The notes: generated by a model from the sequence alone, not told the origin. Shown: positions 45,712 to 54,807, counted from the stretch's first letter. The stretch is 64,000 nucleotides of DNA from Dehalococcoidia bacterium (GCA_965232895.1 OZ247430.1:2730111-2794110), one strand, 5' to 3'. A program made the numbers and translations.

Positions 45712-46385
45712 TCAGTTGTGATTATACTCCTATTTCTGCCGGTGATGGTCGGCTGCCTTGTCCAGGAAATTTCGCTGCTCTGACGTTCGGAGTCTGGTCG
45801 CCGCCGCCCATCGCTGAAGGCGACGATTTCTTCCGAGTCCCTGATGGCGGCGTTCAGGTGACGCCGCATGAAGTCGTTTCCTGGACTTCCTTCCGCCGGC
45901 ATTTTTACCATCACTTGGGAGGTTTCCAGCAGGGCCTGTCGGTAGGCGTTGCCGGTGGCGTCGCATGGCGGCCGGGTTAGTACCTCGCCCTGTAGGGTGC
46001 GCAGCGCGTGATTGATGACGCACGGCGTTACGGTCGTGACGTAGAATGCGGCGTCGGCGCTGGCTGGCCTTCCCTTGGCGAAGTTGGCGTTCACGTGATT
46101 CACGAAACGTTCCGTCAGTTCCAGTGTTTCTGCGGTCCACCTGCCGTTGGATTCTGGCGCTTGTCGATGAGCAGGGTCGTCGTAGTGCCTACTGACTATT
46201 TCCGACAGCCGTTCGATGGACTTGGTCATTTCCCGTTCCGTGTCTTCGAATATGATTTCGACTGTTTGCGCCACATGGCGTCGGGGCGGTTGAGGAGGGA
46301 TTGTATCGTGTACTGCAGGATGGCCATGTTTGCCTCGTGCAGGGCCGTGGCCAGCTCGATGTCGTGATGGATTTCTTGGGGGCAT
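45708..46385 (-). CDS. Hypothetical protein upstream of the coiled-coil gene; 5' region probably frame-disturbed
   Basis: From MTKSIERLSEIV (46229) onward the sequence is protein-like. Upstream, an alternative frame (MPQEIHHDIELATALHEANMAILQYTIQSLLNRPDAMW) reads better if the G5/C5 run at 46378-46382 is one base shorter. Confidence 0.45.
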   Translation of the reverse strand: MPPRNPSRHRAGHGPARGKHGHPAVHDTIPPQPPRRHVAQTVEIIFEDTEREMTKSIERLSEIVSRHYDDPAHRQAPESNGRWTAETLELTERFVNHVNANFAKGRPASADAAFYVTTVTPCVINHALRTLQGEVLTRPPCDATGNAYRQALLETSQVMVKMPAEGSPGNDFMRRHLNAAIRDSEEIVAFSDGRRRPDSERQSSEISWTRQPTITGRNRSIITTE

Positions 46386-46438
46386 TCGGGGCTCCTTTCC
46401 GGTTGAAATCCCGTCCGACCGATTACTGTCGCGCCACC

Positions 46439-46472
46439 CCGAGCAAGGCCTGCGGTAGCAGGCCTTGCTCGG
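46439..46472. repeat. Perfect 15-bp stem hairpin CCGAGCAAGGCCTGC-GGTA-GCAGGCCTTGCTCGG
   Basis: Read directly. It sits at the junction between accessory DNA and the truncated SBP gene. There is no adjacent T-run. Confidence 0.9.
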
Positions 46473-46489
46473 TTGAGTAGTAGTACTTC

Positions 46490-47460
46490 AAGGAAGGACG
46501 ACCGTACCTCGACCGCATCGAGCATTTCATCATCACTACGCCGGCGACGGCGCAGGCCCAGGTGGAAGCGCGCCAGATCGACATGGCCAATGCCGGCACC
46601 ATGAACCTGACCGCGCCGGAGTACTACGCGCTGGAAACGCGCACCAACAGCGAGTACGTGGCCCACGACGTGTTCGGCGGGGCGACGCGCGGGTTGATGC
46701 TCAACATCAAGCGCGAGCCCTTCAGCGACCACCGGGTCCGGCAGGCCATCAACCTGGCCGTTGACCGCCAGAAGCACAACGCCCGCGGGCTGCATCACGC
46801 CGGCCGCGGCCACTGCCCGATGGTGGGCATGGCCAACAGCCTGGAGGAGTGCGCCACCTGGCCCGGCATGCGCCCGAAGGACTCCCCTGAGGGGCAGCAG
46901 GACATCGCCCGCGCCCGGGAGTTGATGGCCGAGGCCGGCTATCCCGACGGGTTCGAAATACAGTACACGGTTCGCCAGGTTGGAACCTACGTGGACGAGT
47001 GTTCGGTGATCAAGCAGGACCTGGAGGACTACCTGAACATTCGCGGCGCCATCGAGGTCCTGCCCAGCGCCGCGGGATACGCCAAGTACGGCACGTCCCG
47101 TCCCGCTGACGCCAGGGGCGACTGGGAAATGAGTTGCCAGGCCGACGGCATGACCGTGCTGGACCCGGACGCCATCTGGGCGGCATCTTCCTGAAGGGCG
47201 GCACGCGAAACTACACCGACTGGGAAGCTCCGGAAACCAACGCCTGGTTCGAGGCCCAGAAGGTCGAACTCGACCCCGAGAAGCGGCGCGAGATCAACAA
47301 GGAAGCGGAGCGATGGCTGCACGAATTCAGCAATAACCACTGGGTCAGCCTCACCCTCGGGCAGAATTTCTGGGTCGTCCACCAGGACGTCAAGGGCTTC
47401 GTGGCTCCGCAGACCGTGCAGTACGGGTTCAAGCACGAGGACCTCTGGCTGGACCGGTAG
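46490..47460 (+). pseudogene. ABC-transporter substrate-binding protein (family 5, peptide/nickel type), 5'-truncated and frameshifted
   Basis: GRPYLDRIEHFIITTPATAQAQVEARQIDMA...RVRQAINLAVDRQ... then a frame change to ...NYTDWEAPETNAWFEAQKVELDPEKRREINKEAERWL...VHQDVKGF. These are typical SBP_bac_5 C-terminal motifs. The N-terminal half is absent. Confidence 0.7.
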
Positions 47461-47510
47461 ATGCTTTCCGCACACCCATCCCGTTGCCACTGTTGGAGAC
47501 GGAAAGACGT

Positions 47511-47747
47511 ATGAGCTTGAAAATCAAGCCAATACTACTGGTCAGCCTGCCCTCCCGCAGCCAGATGGACCGCATGTTTGCCCGGATCATCGGCATGGAG
47601 GAAAAGCTGGACGACCTGGAGGACGAGATCCGCAAGCTGCGGAGTGAGTTGAGCGCATCCCGGCGTCCGCAGTCGTCCCGCTCCCGTTCCGCCCGGTCAT
47701 CCGCCACGGCAACCGGCGCCACCGCCGACGAAGGAGAGCCGGCCTGA
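47511..47747 (+). CDS. Small coiled-coil protein with Ser/Arg-rich tail
   Basis: MSLKIKP...MEEKLDDLEDEIRKLRSEL, upstream of the SDR gene. Function unknown. Confidence 0.35.
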   Translation: MSLKIKPILLVSLPSRSQMDRMFARIIGMEEKLDDLEDEIRKLRSELSASRRPQSSRSRSARSSATATGATADEGEPA

Positions 47748-47794
47748 CCCAAGTCCCACGACGAAATCCCCGATCGAAGCAACAGGAGGCACAC

Positions 47795-48538
47795 ATGAAA
47801 CTCGAAGGACGCACTGCCCTCGTCACCGGAGCCTCCCGCGGAATCGGCCGCGCTATCGCCTTGGCCCTGGCGGAAGAGGGCGCCGACGTGGCCATCAACT
47901 ATGTCTCCAACGAGGCGGCCGCCGCGGCCGTCGTCGAGGAGATCCAGGCGCTGGGACGCAAGGGCGTACTGGCCCGGGCCGACGTCGGCGACTTCCCGGA
48001 CACCTACGCCATGGCCCACTCCGTGCTCAGGGACTTCGGCCACATCGACATCCTGGTCAACAACGTCGGCGTGACCTCCGACAAAACCTTCGTCAACATG
48101 GACCATTCCACCTGGCGCAAGGTGCTGGCCATCAACCTCGATGGCGTCTTCAACTGCACCAAGGTCTGCATCGACCAGATGGTTGAGCAGAACTACGGGC
48201 GGGTGGTGAACATCACGTCGGTCATCGGCCAGATCGGCAACTTCGGCCAGGCCAACTACGCCGCATCCAAGGCCGGCGTCGCCGCCATGACCAAGACCCT
48301 GGCGAAAGAGCTGGCCAGCAAGGGCATTACCGTCAACGCGGTGGCCCCCGGCTTCATCGAGACCGAAATGGTCTCCTCCATCCCCGAGAACATCCAGGAC
48401 CGCCTGCTGAGCCAGATACCCCTGCGGCGTTTCGGCAAGGCCGAAGAGGTCGCCCAGATGGTGGTGTTCCTCTGCTCGCCCGAGGGCGACTACGTGACCG
48501 GCGCGGAGCTTGAGGTGAACGGCGGGCTGTTCATGTAG
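47795..48538 (+). CDS. Short-chain dehydrogenase/reductase, 3-oxoacyl-ACP / acetoacetyl-CoA reductase type (FabG/PhaB-like)
   Basis: TGASRGIGRAIA, NNVGV, catalytic S...YAASKAG, PGFIETEM. Strong AGGAGG ribosome-binding site. Confidence 0.9.
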   Translation: MKLEGRTALVTGASRGIGRAIALALAEEGADVAINYVSNEAAAAAVVEEIQALGRKGVLARADVGDFPDTYAMAHSVLRDFGHIDILVNNVGVTSDKTFVNMDHSTWRKVLAINLDGVFNCTKVCIDQMVEQNYGRVVNITSVIGQIGNFGQANYAASKAGVAAMTKTLAKELASKGITVNAVAPGFIETEMVSSIPENIQDRLLSQIPLRRFGKAEEVAQMVVFLCSPEGDYVTGAELEVNGGLFM

Positions 48539-48604
48539 CGGTCGCCCATGGCGGAAGTTTCGCCGATTGTTGGACAGGTCCGGCGCCGGTCGCGCACCTG
48601 ATCA

Positions 48605-48745
48605 GGGTCTTTCCAAAGTTCGGGATGGGGACCTTCCACCCCGAACTGTCATTCCGGCGAAAGCCGGAATCCAGAACATTCCGACTACAACGACCTGCTG
48701 GATTCCCGCGAAAGCGGGAATGACAGATTACTTTTGGAAAGGCCC
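48605..48745. repeat. ~140-bp nested palindromic (MITE/REP-like) element
   Basis: Outer inverted repeat GGGTCTTTCCAAAGT / ACTTTTGGAAAGGCCC. Two inner 8-bp hairpins with GAAA loops (ATTCCGGC-GAAA-GCCGGAAT at 48646-48674; ATTCCCGC-GAAA-GCGGGAAT at 48698-48726) are themselves mutually inverted. Confidence 0.8.
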
Positions 48746-48818
48746 CGGCACCCGATACCCTGGCATTTGCCCTTGGTGGCGTACCGCTGCTAACCTGACA
48801 TGGAGCAGGAGCTAACCC

Positions 48819-49184
48819 GTGACCACGCAGCTGTATCGACACCTCAGCGAGCATTTCCTGGCCCAGGCCAGACGGGAACTGGCCGCCGGCGACCTGCCGC
48901 AGGCCTCCGAAAAGGGCTGGGGCGCCGCCACCCAGATGCTCAAGGCCATCGCCGAGCAGCGCGGCTGGGAGCACAACCGCCACCGCCACCGCCACTACCA
49001 CAGAACTGCCAGCAGGCTGCGCGCCGAAACCGGGGACGGTGACATATTCCGCCTGTTCGCGGTGGCGGGCGCGCTCCACGAGAATTTCTACGAAAACGAC
49101 ATGGAGGCCGCGCTGGTGGCCGAAAGCCTCGACGACGTGGAGGCCCTCCTGGACAAGCTCCGCCCCCTGCTGACTCAAACGTAG
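48819..49184 (+). CDS. PaREP1/HEPN-like helical protein
   Basis: FLAQARRELAAGDLPQASEKGWGAATQMLKAIAEQRGWEHNRHRH...GALHENFYEN matches the PaREP1 consensus pattern. Confidence 0.6.
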   Translation: MTTQLYRHLSEHFLAQARRELAAGDLPQASEKGWGAATQMLKAIAEQRGWEHNRHRHRHYHRTASRLRAETGDGDIFRLFAVAGALHENFYENDMEAALVAESLDDVEALLDKLRPLLTQT

Positions 49185-49311
49185 CGCCTCGCCGGGCGCA
49201 GGCAGCGCAACGGGCGCCCCTCACGTGGAACGCGTTTCGGATTTGGAACGCATCCTCTTGCTAGCGCCGGGCAGACTCCTCAAGTATTGACGCTTGCCGC
49301 ACCTGCATTAG

Positions 49312-49341
49312 TTGACACATTCGGGGCGGTGGCAGTAACAT
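49312..49341 (+). promoter_or_regulatory. Candidate str-operon promoter (TTGACA-18-TAACAT)
   Basis: A perfect -35 hexamer at 49312-49317 and -10 TAACAT at 49336-49341, about 45 nt upstream of rpsL. Confidence 0.4.
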
Positions 49342-49387
49342 CTTTCAACGTCACGCCGGAAATCCCACCGGCAGCGAAGGAATTTTT

Positions 49388-49798
49388 ATGCCTACTGTCA
49401 ATCAACTGGTGCGCAAGGGCCGCAAGCCGATGCGCAAGAAGACCAAGGCGCCGGCTCTGCATTGGGTGCAGAACTCCCTGCGGAACCGCACGCGCTGGGG
49501 GCCCGGATGCCCGCAGCGTCGCGGCGTGTGCATCCAGGTTCGCACCATGACCCCCAAGAAGCCCAACTCCGCGCTGCGCAAGATCTGCCGCGTACGGCTG
49601 ACCAACGGCGTGGAAGTGACCGCCTACATCGGCGGTGAAGGCCACAACCTGCAGGAGCACTCGGTGGTCCTGATCCGCGGCGGTCGAGTCAAGGACCTGC
49701 CCGGTGTGCGCTACCACGTAGTGCGCAGCAACCTGGACACCGAGGGCGTCGACGGACGTCGTCAGGGTCGCAGCAAGTACGGTACTCGTAGGGGCTGA
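49388..49798 (+). CDS. rpsL: 30S ribosomal protein S12 (with ~14-aa insertion after PAL)
   Basis: [12 protein letters not shown]...CPQRRGVC...[11 protein letters not shown]...[29 protein letters not shown]. Confidence 0.97.
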   Translation: MPTVNQLVRKGRKPMRKKTKAPALHWVQNSLRNRTRWGPGCPQRRGVCIQVRTMTPKKPNSALRKICRVRLTNGVEVTAYIGGEGHNLQEHSVVLIRGGRVKDLPGVRYHVVRSNLDTEGVDGRRQGRSKYGTRRG

Positions 49799-49880
49799 CC
49801 GCGACCCGCACTGAAAAATAAAGCCACCGTCACCCCCACCGCCGGGGGTGGCTCATTTTGGAAAGCAAGGTAGAGTAGCC

Positions 49881-50351
49881 ATGTCACGCAGACGTCGCGC
49901 CGAACCCAGGATTGTCAAACCCGACCCGCGGTACAACAACGCGGAGTTGTCCAAGTTCATCAACCGGGTCATGCTGAAGGGCAAAAAGTCCACCGCCCAG
50001 CGGGTGGTTTACGATGCCCTGGACCTGGTGCGCCAGGACACCAGCCAGGACCCCATGGGCATCTTTTCCACGGCCCTGCGCAACGCCACTCCCCTGGTCG
50101 AAGTGCGCCCCCGGCGCGTGGGCGGCGCGACCTATCAGGTGCCGGTGGAGCTCCGAACCAGCCGCAGCGAGGCGCTGGCCATGCGCTGGATCATTCGCGG
50201 CGCCCGGGCCCGCAACGGCATGCGCATGGCGCGCGGGCTCGCCAACGAGTTCATGGACGCCGCCCGCGGCGAAGGCTCCGCAGTGCGCCGCAAGGACGAA
50301 CTGCACCGCATGGCGGAGGCCAACCGCGCCTTCGTACACTACCGCCGCTAA
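49881..50351 (+). CDS. rpsG: 30S ribosomal protein S7
   Basis: MSRRRRAEPRIVKPDPRYNN...VEVRPRRVGGATYQVPVEL. Start moved to ATG 49881. Confidence 0.95.
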   Translation: MSRRRRAEPRIVKPDPRYNNAELSKFINRVMLKGKKSTAQRVVYDALDLVRQDTSQDPMGIFSTALRNATPLVEVRPRRVGGATYQVPVELRTSRSEALAMRWIIRGARARNGMRMARGLANEFMDAARGEGSAVRRKDELHRMAEANRAFVHYRR

Positions 50352-50435
50352 TCCCCGCCTTCCGTCGTAGGGGCGAATGAACATTCGCCCCTACCTTTGT
50401 CTCACTCCCTCCCCCGACTCTCCCCAGGTACAGGT

Positions 50436-52517
50436 ATGACTGTCGTAACAACCAACGCCGATCTGATTCGAAACATCGGCTTCATCGCTCACATCGACGC
50501 CGGCAAGACCACGGTCACCGAGCGTGTGCTCTACCTCACCGGCCGCATCCGCAAGGTCGGCGGCGTGGATGAGGGCACAACGGCCATGGACTGGATGCCG
50601 CAGGAGAAGGAACGGGGCATCACCATCACCGCCGCAGCCACCACGGCCTACTGGCGCGACCACCAGGTCAACATCATCGACACCCCTGGCCACGTGGACT
50701 TCACCGCTGAAGTCGAACGCAGCCTGCGCGTCCTCGACGGCGGCATCGTGGTGCTGGACGCCGTGGCCGGCGTGCAGCCCCAGTCGGAAACCGTCTGGCG
50801 GCAAGCCGACACCTACGACGTTCCCCGCATCTGCTTCGTGAACAAGATGGACCGGGTCGGCGCGTCCTACGAGCGCACCATCGAGTCCGTTCGACGCCGG
50901 CTGAAAGGCAACCCCGTTGCGGTGCAGGTGCCGATTGGGGCAGAGGATGAATTTCGCGGAGTGGTCGATCTGATTGAAGGCCAGGCCATCATGTATTCCG
51001 ACGGCCGCGACGACGTGGCCGATCCCCCCGAATTGATGCCGGTGCCGCCGGAGTATGAGCAGGCCTACCACGACTACCGCCAGGAGATGATCGAGAAGAT
51101 CGTCGAGACGGACGAGGCCCTGCTCATCAAGTACCTGGAGGGCGAGGACATCCGCGCCGACGACCTCCGCTCCGCTCTGCGCGCCGCCACCATCAACCGC
51201 CAACTGGTGCCGGTTCTGTGCGGCACGGCGATGCGCGGCAAGGGCATCGATCCCCTGCTTGACGCCATCATCTGCTACCTGCCGTCGCCCCTGGACGTGC
51301 CGGCGGTGGAGGGCACCGTCCCTGACACCGACACTATCGAGATCCGCGAACCCCTGGACAGCGAGCCCCTGTCGGCCCTGGCCTTCAAGGTCGTGGTTGA
51401 CCCCTACGTTGGTCGCCTGGTGTTCCTGCGAATTTACTCCGGCAAGGTCGAGTCCGGCGCCGCCGTGCGCAACGTCACCAGGGGCAACCGGGAGCGCATG
51501 GGTCGCCTGCTGCGGATGCACGCCAACCACCGGGAGGAGCTGCCGGAGATCACCGCCGGCAATATCTGCGCGGCAGTGGGATTGAAGGACACCTTCACCG
51601 GCGACACCATCTGCACCGATCACAAGCCAGTGATCCTCGAACCGCCGCACTTCCCGGAGCCCGTGGTCTCGGTGGCCATCGAGCCGGCCACCCGCGCCGA
51701 CCAGGACAAGCTCGGCGAGGCCATGCGGAAGCTGTCCGAAGAAGACCCCACCTTCGTGGTGCGGTTCAACGACGAAACCGGTCAAACCGTCATCTCCGGC
51801 ATGGGTGAACTGCACCTGGAAGTCCTCGTTGACCGCATGCGGCGCGAGTTCGACGTGGAAGCCCGCGTCGGCCAGCCCCGGGTTGCCTACCGCGAAGCCA
51901 TCACCAAGCCGATCCGGGTCGAGGGACGCTTCGTTCGCCAGACCGGCGGTCACGGCCAATACGGACACGTGTGGCTCGAGCTGGAGCCGCAGGAGCGCGG
52001 CGCCGGCGCCGATTTCGTCGACGGCATCACCGGCGGCACCATACCACGCAACTTCATCCCGGCCGTCCAGGCCGGCGTCAAGCAGGCTCTGGACAACGGC
52101 CCCTTGGCTGGCTATCCTCTGGTGGACTTGAAGGTCACCCTGGTCGACGGCAGCTACCACACGGTGGACTCGTCCGAAATGGCCTTCCGTTCCGCGGCAA
52201 TGATTGCCATGCGGGACGGTACGCGCCGGGCGGCCCCCGTGCTGCAGGAACCCTTCTTCGAGATGGAGATCGTGACGCCCGGCGAGTATCTCAGCGAAGT
52301 GCTGAGCGACTTGGGAGGGCGCCGCGCCCAGATTCGCAGCATCGAAGGGCAGGAAGACCTGCAGACCGTGAGCGCGATGATTCCCCTCGGGGAGACTTTC
52401 GCGTACACCACGGCGCTGCGGTCGCTCACCCGTGGACGCGCCTCGTACACCATGGAGTTCCGGCACTACGAGCCGGTGCCGGAGAGCGTGGCCCGTGCCC
52501 TGGTGACCAACCGTTAG
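50436..52517 (+). CDS. fusA: Elongation factor G
   Basis: [28 protein letters not shown]. Full-length EF-G. Start moved to MTVVTT (50436). Confidence 0.97.
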   Translation: MTVVTTNADLIRNIGFIAHIDAGKTTVTERVLYLTGRIRKVGGVDEGTTAMDWMPQEKERGITITAAATTAYWRDHQVNIIDTPGHVDFTAEVERSLRVLDGGIVVLDAVAGVQPQSETVWRQADTYDVPRICFVNKMDRVGASYERTIESVRRRLKGNPVAVQVPIGAEDEFRGVVDLIEGQAIMYSDGRDDVADPPELMPVPPEYEQAYHDYRQEMIEKIVETDEALLIKYLEGEDIRADDLRSALRAATINRQLVPVLCGTAMRGKGIDPLLDAIICYLPSPLDVPAVEGTVPDTDTIEIREPLDSEPLSALAFKVVVDPYVGRLVFLRIYSGKVESGAAVRNVTRGNRERMGRLLRMHANHREELPEITAGNICAAVGLKDTFTGDTICTDHKPVILEPPHFPEPVVSVAIEPATRADQDKLGEAMRKLSEEDPTFVVRFNDETGQTVISGMGELHLEVLVDRMRREFDVEARVGQPRVAYREAITKPIRVEGRFVRQTGGHGQYGHVWLELEPQERGAGADFVDGITGGTIPRNFIPAVQAGVKQALDNGPLAGYPLVDLKVTLVDGSYHTVDSSEMAFRSAAMIAMRDGTRRAAPVLQEPFFEMEIVTPGEYLSEVLSDLGGRRAQIRSIEGQEDLQTVSAMIPLGETFAYTTALRSLTRGRASYTMEFRHYEPVPESVARALVTNR

Positions 52518-52569
52518 CCAACGGGTCCTCCGGACCAAACACACTACTGGAGCATTATCGGAATACATT

Positions 52570-52881
52570 ATGGTCGCAAGGCAACAAATGCGGATCATCC
52601 TCAAGGCGTTTGACCACAAGATGCTGGACCAGTCCAGCGCGCAAATTGTGGACACCGCCGAACTGACCGGCGCCCGGGTCGCGGGCCCGGTGCCACTGCC
52701 CACGCAGATCCGCCGGTTCTGCGTCATCAGGGGACCACACGTCGACAAGGACTCCCGCGAGCACTTCGAGATCCGAACGCACAAGCGGCTCCTGGACATC
52801 ATGGAACCCACCAGCAAGACCATCGACGCGCTGACCCGGCTCAACATGCCGGCGGGAGTGGATATTTCCATCAAGCTCTAA
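52570..52881 (+). CDS. rpsJ: 30S ribosomal protein S10
   Basis: [15 protein letters not shown]...GPVPLPT...[12 protein letters not shown]. Confidence 0.97.
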   Translation: MVARQQMRIILKAFDHKMLDQSSAQIVDTAELTGARVAGPVPLPTQIRRFCVIRGPHVDKDSREHFEIRTHKRLLDIMEPTSKTIDALTRLNMPAGVDISIKL

Positions 52882-53080
52882 ACCGGCCGATCCCGCAGCC
52901 GGCGCTTGCCGGAATTGCGGGTGAGGCGGGTAAAACAGCGTATGGACGGGACAATCAGGCTTGAAAGAATAGTAATCCCGTCGTAAAATTGCAGTTCCGG
53001 CTGGCGGCTGGCATGAAGGCCACCGCCGCCATTTCATCTAACGAATTCCATCCATCGGCCAACACTCGCAGGCAAAGAAA

Positions 53081-53713
53081 ATGCTCAAGGCGTTCCTCGG
53101 CAAGAAGATCGGCATGACCCAGGTGTTCAACGACGCCGGACAGGTCGTGCCCGTAACTATCATCGAGGCCGGCCCCTGCGCCGTCACCCAGATCCGCACC
53201 GCGGAGAAGGACGGCTACCAGTCGGTCCAGCTGGGGTTCGGTCGGGTCCGCAAGCCCACCAAGCCCGAGGCCGGACACCTGCGCGGCAGCCAGATCGGCC
53301 GCCGGCTCGAGGAAGTGCGCGCCGAGGACACCACTGCGTACGAAGTCGGCCAGTTGGTTTCGGTGGACATCTTCGAACCGGGCGAGATCGTTGACGTTAT
53401 TGGCAAGTCCAAGGGCAAGGGGTTCGCCGGAACCATGAAGCGACACGGCTTCGGCGGCGGCCCGCGCACGCACGGTCAGTCGGACCGTGCGCGCGCGCCG
53501 GGCTCCATCGGCGGAGGCACCACGCCGGGCAAGGTCTTCAAGGGACTGAAAATGTCCGGGCACATGGGCAACCGCCGGGTGACCAGCAAGGGCCTGGAAG
53601 TAATTCGCGTGGACGCCGAACGGAACCTCCTGATGGTCAAAGGCGGCATTCCCGGCGCCCCCAACAGCGCCGTTACCATCCGCAAGACCGGCAAGAGCAA
53701 GGCAAGGGAATAG
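53081..53713 (+). CDS. rplC: 50S ribosomal protein L3
   Basis: LGKKIGMTQVF...VTIIEAGPC...GKGFAGTMKRHGF. Confidence 0.97.
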   Translation: MLKAFLGKKIGMTQVFNDAGQVVPVTIIEAGPCAVTQIRTAEKDGYQSVQLGFGRVRKPTKPEAGHLRGSQIGRRLEEVRAEDTTAYEVGQLVSVDIFEPGEIVDVIGKSKGKGFAGTMKRHGFGGGPRTHGQSDRARAPGSIGGGTTPGKVFKGLKMSGHMGNRRVTSKGLEVIRVDAERNLLMVKGGIPGAPNSAVTIRKTGKSKARE

Positions 53714-53767
53714 AACGAACCGATACGCCTGCTCCGCATGGCGCCATCGGCAAGGAACTGATCCGAA

Positions 53768-54433
53768 ATGGAACTCCCCGTATTGAACACCAGCGGCAAC
53801 GCCGTGGACACCATCGAGGTGGACGAGGCCGTATTTGACGTGCCGATGAACCAGACACTGGTTCACCAGGCAATGGTCATCTACCAGCTGAACCAGCGAC
53901 AGGGCACTCATTCCACGCGCACCCGCGCCGAAGTGTCGGGCGGCGGCCGGAAGCCCTGGATACAGAAGCACACGGGCCGCGCCCGCCAGGGCAGCATCCG
54001 CTCCCCACAGTGGCGACATGGCGGAATCGCCTTCGGCCCGAAGCCCCGTGACTACCGTAAGGCCTTGCCACGCGCGATGCGTCGCAAGGCTTTGCAGTGT
54101 GTGCTCTCCGAGAAAATCCGCGGAGATCGCCTGATCTGCGTCGACACCCTCGACAGCCTGGACGGGAAGACCAAGTCCATGAAGCAGGTACTGGAGAACC
54201 TGAACATCTCCGGGTCGGTGCTGGTGGTCACGGAAGAAGCCCAGCAGAGCGTGGCCAGGGCCGGCGGCAACCTGAAGCAGGTGTGGACGCTTCCCTCGGA
54301 CCTGGTGAACGCCAATGACGTACTCAAGCGCCAGACCGTCCTGATCACCGTCGGCGCGGTTCGCCGGATCGCGGAATTGTGTCAGGCGCCCCGGTACCGG
54401 GCCCGTCGGGCAGCAAGCGAGGTGGCGGAATAA
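53768..54433 (+). CDS. rplD: 50S ribosomal protein L4
   Basis: RQGTHSTRTRAEVSGGGRKPWIQKHTGRARQGSIRSPQWRHGG. Confidence 0.97.
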   Translation: MELPVLNTSGNAVDTIEVDEAVFDVPMNQTLVHQAMVIYQLNQRQGTHSTRTRAEVSGGGRKPWIQKHTGRARQGSIRSPQWRHGGIAFGPKPRDYRKALPRAMRRKALQCVLSEKIRGDRLICVDTLDSLDGKTKSMKQVLENLNISGSVLVVTEEAQQSVARAGGNLKQVWTLPSDLVNANDVLKRQTVLITVGAVRRIAELCQAPRYRARRAASEVAE

Positions 54434-54717
54434 TGCACATCAGCGAAGTCCTCCTGCGCCCCACCATCACCGAAAAGAGCACCCTGCTTCAGGAAGAAGG
54501 GCAGTACACCTTCGCCATCGCTCCCAAGGCCAACAAGACGCTGGTCAAGCAAGCGGTGGAAGAAAACTTCAACGTCACGGTCATCAGCGTCAACATCACG
54601 CGCAATCACGGCAAGCGCAAGCGGTACGGCCCCCGTTACAAGAAACAACCCGACGTGAAAAAGGCAGTGGTCACGCTGCAGGCCGGCGACCGCATCGACC
54701 TCATCGAGGGCCTGTAG
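54433..54717 (+). CDS. rplW: 50S ribosomal protein L23
   Basis: LLRPTITEKST...KTLVKQAVEENFNV. TAATG overlap with rplD. Confidence 0.95.
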   Translation: MHISEVLLRPTITEKSTLLQEEGQYTFAIAPKANKTLVKQAVEENFNVTVISVNITRNHGKRKRYGPRYKKQPDVKKAVVTLQAGDRIDLIEGL

Positions 54718-54788
54718 CCAATCGAGGACTTCTTGCCAATCGACGGCCGCCTGCCATTCGATGGCCTGTAGCCAACCCGCCGAGCGTC
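54699..54788. repeat. 18-bp tandem repeat (~4-5 degenerate units, GCCAWTCGANGG...) starting in the rplW 3' end and filling the rplW-rplB spacer
   Basis: Units at 54717, 54735, 54753 and 54771 each start with GCCA. Unit 0 (54699-54716, CCTCATCGAGGGCCTGTA) is the rplW 3' end itself and resembles unit 3 (GCCATTCGATGGCCTGTA). Confidence 0.8.
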
Positions 54789-54807
54789 GGCATCGCGAGC
54801 TGAAACC

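Noticed and set aside
44440-45783. 447-aa plus-strand ORF with GDVILEH repeats, plus smaller repeat ORFs (45104-45625, 45111-45482)
   Set aside because: These are alternative-frame or antisense readings of the 21-bp array. Only the minus-strand frame has protein-like flanking domains and a heptad pattern.
50391-52874. 827-aa minus-strand ORF, plus other long minus ORFs across the ribosomal operon (52955-54019, 54382-55578, 56143-57078, 58961-59731, 60176-61441, 61408-62283)
   Set aside because: All are antisense to unambiguous fusA and r-protein genes and have low-complexity shadow composition.
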